A stretch of 64,000 nt of DNA, from the IMG/VR virus record IMGVR_UViG_3300032323_001387, positions 108,209-172,208 of that record. One strand, given 5' to 3'. This stretch comes from a virus. Positions 9,247-19,650 of this stretch are shown piece after piece. Numbering within the stretch: the first letter of the stretch is position 1; every line of letters begins with the position of its first letter. The position numbers and the translations under genes were made by a program. Under the pieces are notes generated by a model. The model was given only the letters and a program-made list of their open reading frames with translations. It was not told the DNA's origin and made no database searches.

Positions 9247-10443
9247 ATGGCTACAAAAAGACCCGTTAAACAAGCAAGCTCGGATAAATTGGCTTGGCGT
9301 TTTGAACCGCCTGCTAAAACCGTTGCCTATCGAGAAGTTGATTCTAAGTATGTGGGCGAAGAACCAACTTACCCCAGCGTAGAAGAACAACAGGCTTGGA
9401 CTGCCAGCGAGTATAAAACACAGATCCTGCGTTCACTGAATTGGTATGCACATACACAGGATAAAAAGAAAAGTGCAGAATGGCTAGTTCAATTCCTTGC
9501 ACGTAATCCACGCCGCCAAAAATTAGCAGAAGCAGTCAAGCGTGGAGACATTTGGCCAGGCCCCACAGTTGGTTTTGCGCTAAGAGCAGGCCGAGTTGGA
9601 CTCGCATTGCGATTCGGTACACTTCGTACTCTTGTTAAACAGCTTAAACAAGCAGACGTTGGCATTGACACTAGTAATCAAGTCGCCGAAGTCGTTGTAG
9701 ATGACAAGCCAAAGTTCAATATCCAAGAACGTATGGCTGAAAAGACAGCAGAATTCCTGGGAGAACTCGAAGGTCGTTTTGATGACTTTATGGCTGAGTT
9801 CAAAGGCGAACCCAAGCTAGTCGAATTGATGACTTCGATGAACGTTCCTGCCGTACAGGTTAAAACAGTACAAGAGTTTATTAACAAAAAGATTGCAGAG
9901 TTTGAAGAAGTTAACTCTAGCAAAGATCCGCAGGTATTGGAAGCATATAAGCATCTAGGCAAGCGCCAAGTCAATACCATTATCAAATGGTGGACACAGG
10001 CTTTGGCAGACGCTAACAGCTACAACGTAGTTAAAAAAGCCAGCAAGGCTCCGCGTAAAAAGAAAGCAGTTACACCTGAAAAAGTTGTAGCCAAGTTGAA
10101 GTACGCAAAAGAGTTTAAAGAACTTAGTCTCAAAAGTGCGGACCCAACTACAATTCTCACGGCGCAAGAACTTTGGGTGTATAACACAAAGACACGTAAG
10201 CTGGGTATCTACATTGCAGATCAATATGCAGGCGCATTGACAGTTAAGAATAGTGCTATTGTAGGTTTTGATGCTAATGCAAGTGTACAAAAGACATTGC
10301 GTAAGCCCAAAGATCAACTTAAAGAGTTTAGTGCTAACGGCAAGCCGGCCGCTAAGAAATGGTTTAAAGGTATTAAAGCTACAGAAATCAAACTTAATGG
10401 CCGTATAAGTACTGATATCGTCTTGTTAAAGGTTTACAAATGA
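9247..10443 (+). CDS. hypothetical protein (early, basic)
   Basis: 398-aa ORF, AGGAG RBS. Confidence 0.7.
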   Translation: MATKRPVKQASSDKLAWRFEPPAKTVAYREVDSKYVGEEPTYPSVEEQQAWTASEYKTQILRSLNWYAHTQDKKKSAEWLVQFLARNPRRQKLAEAVKRGDIWPGPTVGFALRAGRVGLALRFGTLRTLVKQLKQADVGIDTSNQVAEVVVDDKPKFNIQERMAEKTAEFLGELEGRFDDFMAEFKGEPKLVELMTSMNVPAVQVKTVQEFINKKIAEFEEVNSSKDPQVLEAYKHLGKRQVNTIIKWWTQALADANSYNVVKKASKAPRKKKAVTPEKVVAKLKYAKEFKELSLKSADPTTILTAQELWVYNTKTRKLGIYIADQYAGALTVKNSAIVGFDANASVQKTLRKPKDQLKEFSANGKPAAKKWFKGIKATEIKLNGRISTDIVLLKVYK

Positions 10444-11606
10444 AAACACAATTAATTGCCACAGTTCTTATTTCATTATTAACCGGATGTTCGCTAACTG
10501 CTTGTGGAGGCAGCGGCAATAATAAGGCAACAGCGCCTAATGACCCTCCGCCTATTATAAATGCAGATACAATTAGTTGTCAAGTACAAAATCCTTTAAC
10601 ACTATTAAATGCAGAACCCGTATATAATTTCTCGGGCCTGAATAGTAACTGGTATAATTCTAAAAGTGTTCCGGGCGCAGAATCAAGTCAAAATTTTGTA
10701 ATTGCTTTTTCTAACTTTTCGGCAGTTGCAAAAGAGAAAAATGATGCGGCTTTAAAATCTACATTGGTATCGAATCTTCATCGCTGGGCAGTAGCAGACG
10801 CATTTAAAGGTAGCAGGCTTTGCTGGAATCCCACAACAGGCTGGGATAGTACTTGTACCCAATGGGTTGATCCAAATGGCAATGATTTGAGTGCCATTCA
10901 AGACAATAACTTTATCATGGAGATGGTGGAATCTATTAGACCTTCTTACAGTCTTATATCGGACTGGGCCAAAGAAAATGAGCCAACTAAACATGCCAAA
11001 ATTATGAGTTGGTTAGATTTTTGGGATGAAAATACACCAAATCCCGACAATGTATTTTTTGGACTAGGAATGGGAAGATACCATTGGGAAATACGGCGTA
11101 TTACTGATAAATCCGGCGTTGCGGCAACTACTCCATTGGTTCGTAGATTAATGCAGGATATTTTACTGCTAGTCAACGAAGACGGTTCCATTAGAGATAG
11201 AACAACCCGTGGAAATAGAGCTATGTGGTATCATTATTCCTCGCTCAACGAAATCATGACATCTATGTATTTGGCTAAACTAGCTGGTGTTGCAATAGAT
11301 CCTGTGCTGGAAAATAGACTGCATAAAGCAGTTGAATTATTTCTCAATACATTAGATAATCCTGCACATATTGTTAAATGGGCAAATACAGGACATAACA
11401 ACGGCGGAGATGGCACTGCACAAAACTTTAATTTTGCCGATTGGTATAACCAACCCTATGCAGGATCGTGGATTTATTTGTATGTAAATTGGTATCCTTC
11501 TAACAATAATACAGCAAGGCTGTCACAAAAAGTTCCTTTAAATTCTGCAAAATCAGCAAGTCAGGACAGGCAATTTGGTATACCTTTAGGTTGTTTGCTT
11601 TTTTAA
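10440..11606 (+). CDS. lipoprotein with alginate-lyase-like domain
   Basis: Lipoboxes LLTGC and LTAC; NEDGS...RG.RA.WYH..SL segment resembles the AlgL/PL5 catalytic region. Confidence 0.55.
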   Translation: MKTQLIATVLISLLTGCSLTACGGSGNNKATAPNDPPPIINADTISCQVQNPLTLLNAEPVYNFSGLNSNWYNSKSVPGAESSQNFVIAFSNFSAVAKEKNDAALKSTLVSNLHRWAVADAFKGSRLCWNPTTGWDSTCTQWVDPNGNDLSAIQDNNFIMEMVESIRPSYSLISDWAKENEPTKHAKIMSWLDFWDENTPNPDNVFFGLGMGRYHWEIRRITDKSGVAATTPLVRRLMQDILLLVNEDGSIRDRTTRGNRAMWYHYSSLNEIMTSMYLAKLAGVAIDPVLENRLHKAVELFLNTLDNPAHIVKWANTGHNNGGDGTAQNFNFADWYNQPYAGSWIYLYVNWYPSNNNTARLSQKVPLNSAKSASQDRQFGIPLGCLLF

Positions 11607-11617
11607 ATAACAAAACC

Positions 11618-11653
11618 AAAATCTCCCGCTAAATATACATAGCGGGAGATTTT
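11618..11653 (+). promoter_or_regulatory. hairpin sequestering the RBS, late promoter TAAATA in loop
   Basis: AAAATCTCCCGCT / AGCGGGAGATTTT 13-bp inverted repeat; TAAATA 11630-11635. Confidence 0.7.
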
Positions 11654-11655
11654 TT

Positions 11656-12402
11656 ATGAGTATTAAAGACGAAATTACCAAGGACATAGAACTTAGACTT
11701 GGCGGAGGAATGGTTGATGTAGAATTAGATTCTGCACATTATGACTTGGCTATTAATCAGTCCTTACGCAAATATAGACAGCGTAGTAGTCGAGCAGTAG
11801 CGGAAAAATTTATCCCTATAGATATTAAAGCAGAACAGCAAGAATATCAATTGCCATTGAATGTACAATTGGTTAGGGAAGTAATGCTTCGTCAAACTGG
11901 TACAATGGGTATTAGCCAGACAGGCGTTGACTTTGAACCGTTCAACGCTATGTACCTTAACAATATGTTATTACAGCAATCTTCTAGCTTTGCTGGATTG
12001 ATGAATTATGAGTTATATTCAGGACGTCGTGAATTAATGGCTCGTATGTTTGGTGGTTATGTAACATTTACATTTAGCCAAAACGATAAAAAGATTTTGT
12101 TACATCGTAAGTTTAGAGCCGAAGATACAGTATTTGCGTGGTGCTGGGTTGAACGCGATGACGAAGATTTGCTAATAGATCCATATGCCGGTCCATGGTT
12201 AAAGGACTATGCCTTTGCCAAAGCCAAATTTATGTTAGGCGAAGCTCGTGCCAAGTTTGCTACTATCGCTGGCCCGCAAGGCGGAACAAGCTTAAACGGT
12301 GATGCACTGAAAAGCGAAGCGGCAGCAGACCTGGAAAAACTCGAAGAAGATTTAAAGAATTATGTAGACGGCGGCGGCTACGGAGGATTCATCATTGGAT
12401 GA
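11656..12402 (+). CDS. gp13: neck protein (T4 gp13-like)
   Basis: LRLGGGMVDVEL, WLKDYA.A.AK..LG..R.KF, GG..LNG. Confidence 0.8.
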   Translation: MSIKDEITKDIELRLGGGMVDVELDSAHYDLAINQSLRKYRQRSSRAVAEKFIPIDIKAEQQEYQLPLNVQLVREVMLRQTGTMGISQTGVDFEPFNAMYLNNMLLQQSSSFAGLMNYELYSGRRELMARMFGGYVTFTFSQNDKKILLHRKFRAEDTVFAWCWVERDDEDLLIDPYAGPWLKDYAFAKAKFMLGEARAKFATIAGPQGGTSLNGDALKSEAAADLEKLEEDLKNYVDGGGYGGFIIG

Positions 12403-12586
12403 TCTAGCAAAACTCAGAGTACTTGCAGGTGTCGATAAGCAAGCACAAAGTCCAGTCACAGGAGAAATCGGCACAGAAAAAGGAGAGTACCAGCGTAAGC
12501 ATAATATTCGACCTGGTACAGATGAATGGTTTAAATTATGGTTTGCTAGACCTTCATTGACTGGCGAAAAACCCATTGACAAATAG
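12395..12586 (+). CDS. small hypothetical protein
   Basis: 63 aa, LRVLAGV motif. Confidence 0.6.
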   Translation: MDDLAKLRVLAGVDKQAQSPVTGEIGTEKGEYQRKHNIRPGTDEWFKLWFARPSLTGEKPIDK

Positions 12587-12610
12587 AAAGTACTGCTATA
12601 TACTAGTAGT

Positions 12611-13099
12611 ATGAACATTTACCTTGACATGGATGACGTAGTTGCTGACTGGATGAAGGCAGCTCGCGAATATCTAAAAAGACCAAGTTGGGATTGGTCA
12701 CAAATTCTCCCAGACACCGAATGGCGACGTCTTAAAGACAATCAAAGAATGTATCGCCATCTCCCACTTAAACCAGGAGCCAATGAACTAGTTGATTGGG
12801 TCACACAATACTGTAGACGAACAGACTCTGGTTTATTCTTTTTAAGCGCATTGCCTCATAAGAACGATGTACCATGGGCAGTGCAAGACAAAGTATGGTG
12901 GGCGCATGACCACTTTCCGCATATCCCTGTTTTCCTTGGACCATATAGTCATGACAAGTGGGTAAGATGCGAACCAGGAGATATTTTGATTGACGATAGA
13001 CCCAGTAACTGCGAAGAATGGATTCGCGCAGGCGGAAGAGCTCATATGTACAAAAACTGGGAAGATTGTAAAGTGTGGCTAGAGGAGACATTAAAATGA
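12611..13099 (+). CDS. HAD-family 5'(3')-deoxyribonucleotidase
   Basis: IYLDMDDVVAD, K..W, ILIDD, W..AGG; TTGACA-N17-TATACT ends 6 nt before ATG. Confidence 0.85.
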   Translation: MNIYLDMDDVVADWMKAAREYLKRPSWDWSQILPDTEWRRLKDNQRMYRHLPLKPGANELVDWVTQYCRRTDSGLFFLSALPHKNDVPWAVQDKVWWAHDHFPHIPVFLGPYSHDKWVRCEPGDILIDDRPSNCEEWIRAGGRAHMYKNWEDCKVWLEETLK

Positions 13100-13728
13100 T
13101 TATTGGTGTATGTGGTTTTATTGGCAGCGGCAAAGATACTATTGCAGACTATCTAGTAAACGTACATGGCTTTCGCCGTGAAAGTTTTGCTAATACATTA
13201 AAGGATGCAGTAGCCGCAGTATTCGGGTGGGATAGAGTTATGCTCGAAGGTCGTACAAAAGAAGCACGTGAATGGCGGGAACAAGTTGATCCGTGGTGGG
13301 CAAACAGGCTAGGCATACCTACTTTAACTCCTAGATGGGTATTACAGTATTGGGGCACAGAGGTATGCAGAAAAGGCTTTCACGACGATATCTGGATTGC
13401 TAGTGTAGAAAACAAATTACGCAGAAGTAAAGATAATATTGTTATCAGTGATTGTCGTTTTCCTAACGAAATTGCTAGTATCAAACAAGCAGGCGGCAGT
13501 ATTATCTGTGTTAACAGAGGCGAATTGCCTAGCTGGCATATTATGGCCGCCAAAGCAAATGACGGAGATTTATTCGCCGCCGAAAAGCTCAAGGCATTAG
13601 GCGTTCATGCCAGTGAAACTGCATGGGTTGGAACTAAGTTTGACTATGTCTTAGATAACAATTCTACATTGGATTCACTGTTTAGTCAAGTAGAAACAGT
13701 GGTGCAACCTGAACCAGTGAAAATATGA
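13096..13728 (+). CDS. deoxynucleoside monophosphate kinase (T4 gp1-like)
   Basis: GFIGSGKDT P-loop, SFA..LKD, PR..LQ..GTE, SDCRFPNE, HASE; start moved to ATG 13096 after GAGGAG. Confidence 0.9.
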   Translation: MIIGVCGFIGSGKDTIADYLVNVHGFRRESFANTLKDAVAAVFGWDRVMLEGRTKEAREWREQVDPWWANRLGIPTLTPRWVLQYWGTEVCRKGFHDDIWIASVENKLRRSKDNIVISDCRFPNEIASIKQAGGSIICVNRGELPSWHIMAAKANDGDLFAAEKLKALGVHASETAWVGTKFDYVLDNNSTLDSLFSQVETVVQPEPVKI

Positions 13729-13747
13729 ATTCCGCTAAATAGCCTGG

Positions 13748-13791
13748 TTTCTCCGAGAACGTATAAATATACATAACCGTTTAAGGAGAAA
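13748..13791 (+). promoter_or_regulatory. late promoter TATAAATA within an RBS-sequestering stem
   Basis: TATAAATA 13762-13769; TTTCTCC 13748-54 pairs with GGAGAAA 13785-91. Confidence 0.65.
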
Positions 13792-13793
13792 AC

Positions 13794-16187
13794 ATGGCTA
13801 CTTTAGTATCCCCAGGTGTAGCAGTTAGCGTTACAGATGAAAGCCAATATGGCTCAGCCGGACAAGGCACTGTACCGTTAATTATTCTAGCTACAGAAAC
13901 AAACAAATCAAATGTCAGTGCGTCTGGTTATGCAGAAGGCACAAAACCAGCGAATGCTGCTAAACCTTATCTATTAACTAGTCAAAGAGAGTTAGTAGAA
14001 CTTTTTGGTCAACCACAATTCAGCGTTGTCGATGGTACGCCTATACACGGAGCAGAAACAAACGAATATGGTTTATTAGCCGCTTACAGTTATTTAGGCA
14101 TTGCTAATAGAGCATACGTTCTTCGTGCTGATATCGATCTAGCACAATTAGAACCAACTATAGTTGAGCCATCCGGTGCTCCTGCTAATGGAACATTTTG
14201 GTTTGATTTAACATCAAGTTCTATGGGACTTTTCGAAGCTACTGCTTCTGGTTCTTCAAACTGGGAAGAACAATCTTTAACAATAATCACTGATCCATCA
14301 GACACTGCTAATGGAGCAGGCCTGCTTCCTGATGCTTCAGTAGGTTCAAATGGTGATTATGCAATAGTAGCTACTAGTGTAGTTGCTAGTTATCAAATTT
14401 ACAAAAAAGTAAGCGGAAGCTGGGTAATTTGTACCAACGTTGCATTAAGCAAAACAGTATTCGCTAGCCCACACTACACTATACCTACGTCAACAGCAGC
14501 TGGCGATTTATGGATCAAAACAACAAATCCAAATAATGGTTTGAAAGTTATTGTTAAAAAGTATGTAGCTGGCAATTTACCTGCTAAGAGTCCATGGGTA
14601 ACACAAAGCGTTTCTAGCTATGCATCAGATTCTGCTGCAACTACAGGCTTTGGTGCTGCACTATCAGCTGGAAAAATTTACGCAAGAGTTAGTGCTGGTT
14701 CTGCTAATATTGCACTAAGAATATATGATGGTTCTAATTGGACATCTTTAGATGAACAAGCCGGTATAGACGCACCACGTGGCGAAACAGCAGACGGTGC
14801 ATTATGGTATAACACTGATTTAATGGCAGACTTGTATATTAAATCAAATGGCAACTGGGAACCACTTACTGCTAATATTACCATTGATTCTACTTCACCT
14901 AGCTCTCCAGCAGCAGGCGACGTTTGGATTGATAGTAGCGATGTAGAGAATTATCCTCGTATCCAACAATTCGACGGTTCAACATGGGTAGAGCGCGACG
15001 TAGCAGATCAAACTACACCAAACGGTGTTGTGTTTGCTGACCTAACTAACGTGGCATCTGATACAAGTAACAACGGCGGCGCAACACCAGTAGATAATGA
15101 AGCTCCAGATCCGTTACTATATCCAGATGGCATTATCTTATGGAATAGCATGGTAAGCACAGGTAACGTCAAGCGTTATGATGCCACAAATGATGTATGG
15201 AACACATACAGCGGCAACATGACAGACGGTCGTCCATTCATGTTACGTAAGGCACAGCGTCAAGCAGTAGTTAAAGCAATGCAAGCGGCTGTGAATTCAA
15301 ACACACAGATTCGTGAAGAAACAACTTTCTTTACATTGATTGCTGCTCCTGGTTATCCTGAACTATTAGACGAAATGGTTTCATTGAACACAGATCGTAA
15401 AGAAACTGGTTTCATTATCGTTGATACACCATTCCGTTTACGTCCACAAGGTCAAGAACTAATTAACTGGATGACAGGTAACAATGCAACAGTTAACGGC
15501 GAAGCTGGTATTATTACTGCAACTAATACAGCAGCAGCTTACTATCCAAGCGGTATTACTAGCGATTTAAATGGCAACGATGTTGTTGTCCCTGCAAGTC
15601 ATATCGTATTACGCACAATGGCGTACAACGACCAAGTTGCTTATCCTTGGTTTGCACCGGCTGGTTTAACACGTGGTGTCGTAACAAACGCAAGTAACGT
15701 TGGTTACATTAACAACGAAGGTGAATTTATTCCAGTAGCACTAACAAACGGCCAACGTGACACATTGTATGGTGATGGTAGCAGAGTTGGTATTAACCCA
15801 ATCGCACGTTTCCCAGGACAAGGTTTATATGTGTTCGGTCAGCGTACACTACAAAGTTTTGCCAGCGCACTAGATCGCGTAAACGTTGCTCGTTTAATTG
15901 CATACTTGCGTGAACGTTTTGATCCTTTAGCAAGACCATTTATCTTTGAACCTAATGATAGAATTACTCGTGCTAATGCTAAACAAGTATTCGATGGCTT
16001 CTTGTCTGACTTGCTTGGCAAACGAGCAATTTATGATTACATCGTTGTTTGTGACGAAACAAACAACACACCTGCCAAGATTGACAGAAACGAATTATAC
16101 ATTGATGTAGCTATTGAGCCAGTTAAAGCGGCTGAATTTATCTACATTCCAATTCGTGTAGTCAACACCGGCGAGTTATCAGCCTGA
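13794..16187 (+). CDS. gp18: tail sheath protein
   Basis: LVSPGV, PWFAPAG..RG, INPI..F, GQRTL, S.LDRVNV.RL, FEPND, P.KAAEFI. Confidence 0.95.
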   Translation: MATLVSPGVAVSVTDESQYGSAGQGTVPLIILATETNKSNVSASGYAEGTKPANAAKPYLLTSQRELVELFGQPQFSVVDGTPIHGAETNEYGLLAAYSYLGIANRAYVLRADIDLAQLEPTIVEPSGAPANGTFWFDLTSSSMGLFEATASGSSNWEEQSLTIITDPSDTANGAGLLPDASVGSNGDYAIVATSVVASYQIYKKVSGSWVICTNVALSKTVFASPHYTIPTSTAAGDLWIKTTNPNNGLKVIVKKYVAGNLPAKSPWVTQSVSSYASDSAATTGFGAALSAGKIYARVSAGSANIALRIYDGSNWTSLDEQAGIDAPRGETADGALWYNTDLMADLYIKSNGNWEPLTANITIDSTSPSSPAAGDVWIDSSDVENYPRIQQFDGSTWVERDVADQTTPNGVVFADLTNVASDTSNNGGATPVDNEAPDPLLYPDGIILWNSMVSTGNVKRYDATNDVWNTYSGNMTDGRPFMLRKAQRQAVVKAMQAAVNSNTQIREETTFFTLIAAPGYPELLDEMVSLNTDRKETGFIIVDTPFRLRPQGQELINWMTGNNATVNGEAGIITATNTAAAYYPSGITSDLNGNDVVVPASHIVLRTMAYNDQVAYPWFAPAGLTRGVVTNASNVGYINNEGEFIPVALTNGQRDTLYGDGSRVGINPIARFPGQGLYVFGQRTLQSFASALDRVNVARLIAYLRERFDPLARPFIFEPNDRITRANAKQVFDGFLSDLLGKRAIYDYIVVCDETNNTPAKIDRNELYIDVAIEPVKAAEFIYIPIRVVNTGELSA

Positions 16188-16215
16188 TAAATAACATAGC
16201 CCAAGGAGAATACAC

Positions 16216-16836
16216 ATGGCAGATTTAACAAAATTTGGAGTTCCTACAGCAGGCCTAGGCGGTGATAACGCTATGGTTATGCCGAAACTTCAATATCGAT
16301 TCAGAGTTATTGCTTATAACTTTGGTCGCGAAGGCGGCACAACAGTTGCACTTACTCAAAACGTAGTAAGTGTAACTAGACCAAGCATAACGCACGACGA
16401 AATTACATTAGATGCATACAACAGCAAGGCTTATCTTGCTGGCAAGCATACATGGGAACCAGTTACATTGACATTACGTGATGATATCAATGGTACAGTA
16501 ACCAAGCACGTAGCCAGCCAATTGCAAAAACAACTTAATCAAGGACAACAAAGTGCTCCAGTAGCCGGCCGTGATTATAAGTTTGGTCTTGTAATTGAAC
16601 AATTAGACGGAAGTCAGCCAGGCGTAGTAATTGAGACATGGAGCATGAACGGATGCTTTATTCAAAATGCTAACTATGGTGAGAACAACTATTCTACAAG
16701 TGACGTAATGACTATCACATTGCAAATCCGCTTTGATGCTGCTGATATCCATGACACTCAAGTTGAGTCCGCTACTACAACAGGCGGCTTAACTACTGGC
16801 GTTATGGCAATTGGCGCAGGCAACAGCGCAATTTAA
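16216..16836 (+). CDS. gp19: tail tube protein
   Basis: Follows sheath; YRFRV, AGK..WEP.T.T.RDD, gp19 pattern. Confidence 0.85.
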   Translation: MADLTKFGVPTAGLGGDNAMVMPKLQYRFRVIAYNFGREGGTTVALTQNVVSVTRPSITHDEITLDAYNSKAYLAGKHTWEPVTLTLRDDINGTVTKHVASQLQKQLNQGQQSAPVAGRDYKFGLVIEQLDGSQPGVVIETWSMNGCFIQNANYGENNYSTSDVMTITLQIRFDAADIHDTQVESATTTGGLTTGVMAIGAGNSAI

Positions 16837-16845
16837 AGGTAGTAA

Positions 16846-17715
16846 ATGGCGGCATTAACTGACGCACAGAAATGGTACGGTTTATTAGGCGAGCAAAAAG
16901 CTGCTCGCCTAAAGTATCATTTTAAAGTAGAATTCTTTAGTAGTCAATATCAAGCTCCTACGGCCAAGGCCCCAGCGTTGCAGGGTCCGGCACGATTAAT
17001 ATTTGATTGCATAAGATCGGTTGAGCTACCGAAATATAGTGTTGAAACAGAAGTTGCAAATTCGTGGAATATAAGACATCACGTACCTACAAGAATAAAT
17101 TTTGAACCTGTTAGTATTTCATTTACAGATACATTAGATAATAGGTTTATGAATTTCATCAAAGCATACATGGGCATTATCAGTAACAGTTTTCAACCTG
17201 CCAAAGAAAGTTTTCGTACTGGTTTTGGTGATACTCCTTTTGGTGTTAAATTATTAGACACCGGAAAAGATGCTCCAATAGATAAGATTGAGATAACACA
17301 ATTCTATGGTTCTGATAATACAAGAACAATAACATTGTGGCGTCCAAAAATAGTTGACGTACAGCATGATACTATAGATTACAGCGCCAGCGAAGCAGTA
17401 ACTTGGCAAATTGGTTTTAGATACGAAAGCGTGACCTACGACGATGGCAAAACAGCTGGAGCTCAAAAGTCAGAAAAAACACAACAGCAAACAGCAAGTA
17501 ATCCAAATGCCCAGGCATTTATAAAACAAGCACAAGATCAAGTAGCCTTAAATCAAAAAATGGCACAAGATCAAATCAAAGCATCTGAGACAGCAGTTAA
17601 TCTTCCAGCTGCTTCTTTAAATGGATTGTCATTTAAAGAAGCAAGTGCTATCGCCAATGCTAGAGCTAATAATGCTATTGGTGGCAGAGATCGCGGAACT
17701 AGAGGTGGCGTATAA
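16846..17715 (+). CDS. tube-like baseplate protein (gp48/gp54-like)
   Basis: SVELPK, FEPVSISF.D, D.IDYS tube-fold motifs. Confidence 0.6.
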   Translation: MAALTDAQKWYGLLGEQKAARLKYHFKVEFFSSQYQAPTAKAPALQGPARLIFDCIRSVELPKYSVETEVANSWNIRHHVPTRINFEPVSISFTDTLDNRFMNFIKAYMGIISNSFQPAKESFRTGFGDTPFGVKLLDTGKDAPIDKIEITQFYGSDNTRTITLWRPKIVDVQHDTIDYSASEAVTWQIGFRYESVTYDDGKTAGAQKSEKTQQQTASNPNAQAFIKQAQDQVALNQKMAQDQIKASETAVNLPAASLNGLSFKEASAIANARANNAIGGRDRGTRGGV

Positions 17716-17993
17716 TGTCATTAGAAACAAACAAATACGATATAATATACGGTAGATTGCTACATTTAAATTTTACACCAACACACGCCAAAGGTTTGGC
17801 AAAAGTGTTGTATGATGTTACTGAACAATATGGCTTCAGTGTAAATCATGTGCTACAACATGTGGACAGCAATGGTATTAGATTTGATAATGAAATTTAT
17901 GATGCACTGAATAAAGCAAGAACAAATAGCAGTCAAATTGGTTACATGGACAGAGAATACATACCGCCTGCAATATTACAGCAGGTGGCTTAA
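17715..17993 (+). CDS. hypothetical protein
   Basis: Translationally coupled 92-aa ORF. Confidence 0.6.
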   Translation: MSLETNKYDIIYGRLLHLNFTPTHAKGLAKVLYDVTEQYGFSVNHVLQHVDSNGIRFDNEIYDALNKARTNSSQIGYMDREYIPPAILQQVA

Positions 17994-18463
17994 TGGCTAA
18001 TAATTATAGTCAAGGGTATTTTGCACCAGAAAACCCAAGCAAGTATATAGGCAGCAATCGTCCCAAATATAGAAGCGGCTGGGAATTAACAGTAATGCGT
18101 TTCTGCGACAACCATCCTGCGGTTATAGCATGGGCCAGCGAAAGCCTGCGAGTGCCATATCGTAATCCTTTTACAGGCAAGGAAACGTTTTATGTGCCCG
18201 ACTTTCTTATAACTTACCAAGACAAAAACGGTAATAAAATCAGTGAAGTGATTGAAGTCAAACCACGCAATCAAGCAGTGCTTGAAATGGCTAAAACACA
18301 GCAAGAAAAAGCCGCAGTAGTATTAAACATGGCAAAATGGGAAGCCGCTAGAGCATGGTGCCAACGACATGGAATGAAGTTTAGAATACTCACTGAAGAA
18401 GATATATACAATAACTGGGGAGCAAAAAGCAAACCCAAAACAACAAGAGCAAAAAGAAGATGA
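17993..18463 (+). CDS. gp4: head completion nuclease (T4 gp4-like, TnsA-like)
   Basis: NP.KY.G, YRS.WE, W.SE, YVPDF, IEVKP, N.AKWEAA, FRILTE. Confidence 0.9.
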   Translation: MANNYSQGYFAPENPSKYIGSNRPKYRSGWELTVMRFCDNHPAVIAWASESLRVPYRNPFTGKETFYVPDFLITYQDKNGNKISEVIEVKPRNQAVLEMAKTQQEKAAVVLNMAKWEAARAWCQRHGMKFRILTEEDIYNNWGAKSKPKTTRAKRR

Positions 18464-18975
18464 CTAAAAAGTTAGAAGATTTTTTTAATGTAGATTCTAT
18501 AGAACCGGATCGTAATGACAGCGTAGCTGAAGATCAGCAGTTATTACCCGTTGCTGAAATAGTGCCAATGTCAGATGCATTAACTAAAATCAAAGACCAA
18601 CTCAGTGTTGCTGCTAAAATAGATGAAGCATTGCCGCAAGTCAAAGGATTGGAAACAGAAGATCATGCATTAGATGATTACGCCAATCAAGCCATGGAAC
18701 AATTTGCTAGATTAATGGATTTGGGATTCAATGTTGATGACAGAAATGCCGGCAAAATATTCGAAGTTGCTAGTACTATGATGGGCAATGCTATTACAGC
18801 AAAAACAACTAAGCTAGACAAGAAGCTTAAGATGATTGAACTACAGTTAAAACTAGCAAAATTGCAAAAGGACTTGGGCAAAGATGACACCGGAGACGGA
18901 GATAAGCCCACAGAACTTACCACAGACCGTAATGCTATCCTTAACTTAATCAATCAGAACTTAAAGAACAAATGA
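18460..18975 (+). CDS. terminase small subunit (gp16-like)
   Basis: Helical protein, R.A..IFEVA motif, upstream of large terminase. Confidence 0.55.
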   Translation: MTKKLEDFFNVDSIEPDRNDSVAEDQQLLPVAEIVPMSDALTKIKDQLSVAAKIDEALPQVKGLETEDHALDDYANQAMEQFARLMDLGFNVDDRNAGKIFEVASTMMGNAITAKTTKLDKKLKMIELQLKLAKLQKDLGKDDTGDGDKPTELTTDRNAILNLINQNLKNK

Positions 18976-19003
18976 ATTGATAAATAATGTATCGGAGATT
19001 ACA

Positions 19004-19648
19004 ATGAAGACTCTATTAGAATACATAGAAACATTACAGCAAAAACACGATGTTCGCATTAAATTAGCCTGCGAATGTACTGATGAACTTTGCGACAAAA
19101 TTGAAAAGCATCTAGAAAAATATGATGCAGAAAAAATTACTCGTCCTAGTAAAACAATACTAATGAGACGTCCTTTAGACTTTCCTAACTTGGATATGGC
19201 GGAAGTTTATATCATTGACTTCACATCCAATTTGCCAGTTAGTCCAGAAATGCTAAAGCAAGAACTAGCAAAACTGTTAAACATCAATGAAGGACTTGTT
19301 GTTGTTCGTATGGCCAATGAGCCACGTGAGATTGAAGCACAGAACGACGAAGAAGCAGAAAAGTTTAAAGTTAAAGACGAAGAATATAAAGCTAAGATTG
19401 GCACTGACTATGACAAGAGCGAAAAGTCTGACGTTAAAGCAGAAGATCTTTATGGCGACAAGTACAATACTAAGTTCTTAAAAGAATTGAAAAAATTAAG
19501 CGACGAACGCAAAAAAGAAACTAAAGCACCTAAGGTTATCAAGGATCCAGATGTTCCTGCAACTGAGCCTGAAATAGGTGACAGCAAAGCGACTAATAAA
19601 AAGAGTCCGGTGCGAACATTTACAGCCCCAGCGGGTAAAGGAAACTAA
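19004..19648 (+). CDS. hypothetical protein, possible internal head protein
   Basis: Start at MKTLLEYIE after TAAATA and GGAG. Confidence 0.6.
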   Translation: MKTLLEYIETLQQKHDVRIKLACECTDELCDKIEKHLEKYDAEKITRPSKTILMRRPLDFPNLDMAEVYIIDFTSNLPVSPEMLKQELAKLLNINEGLVVVRMANEPREIEAQNDEEAEKFKVKDEEYKAKIGTDYDKSEKSDVKAEDLYGDKYNTKFLKELKKLSDERKKETKAPKVIKDPDVPATEPEIGDSKATNKKSPVRTFTAPAGKGN

Positions 19649-19650
19649 TC

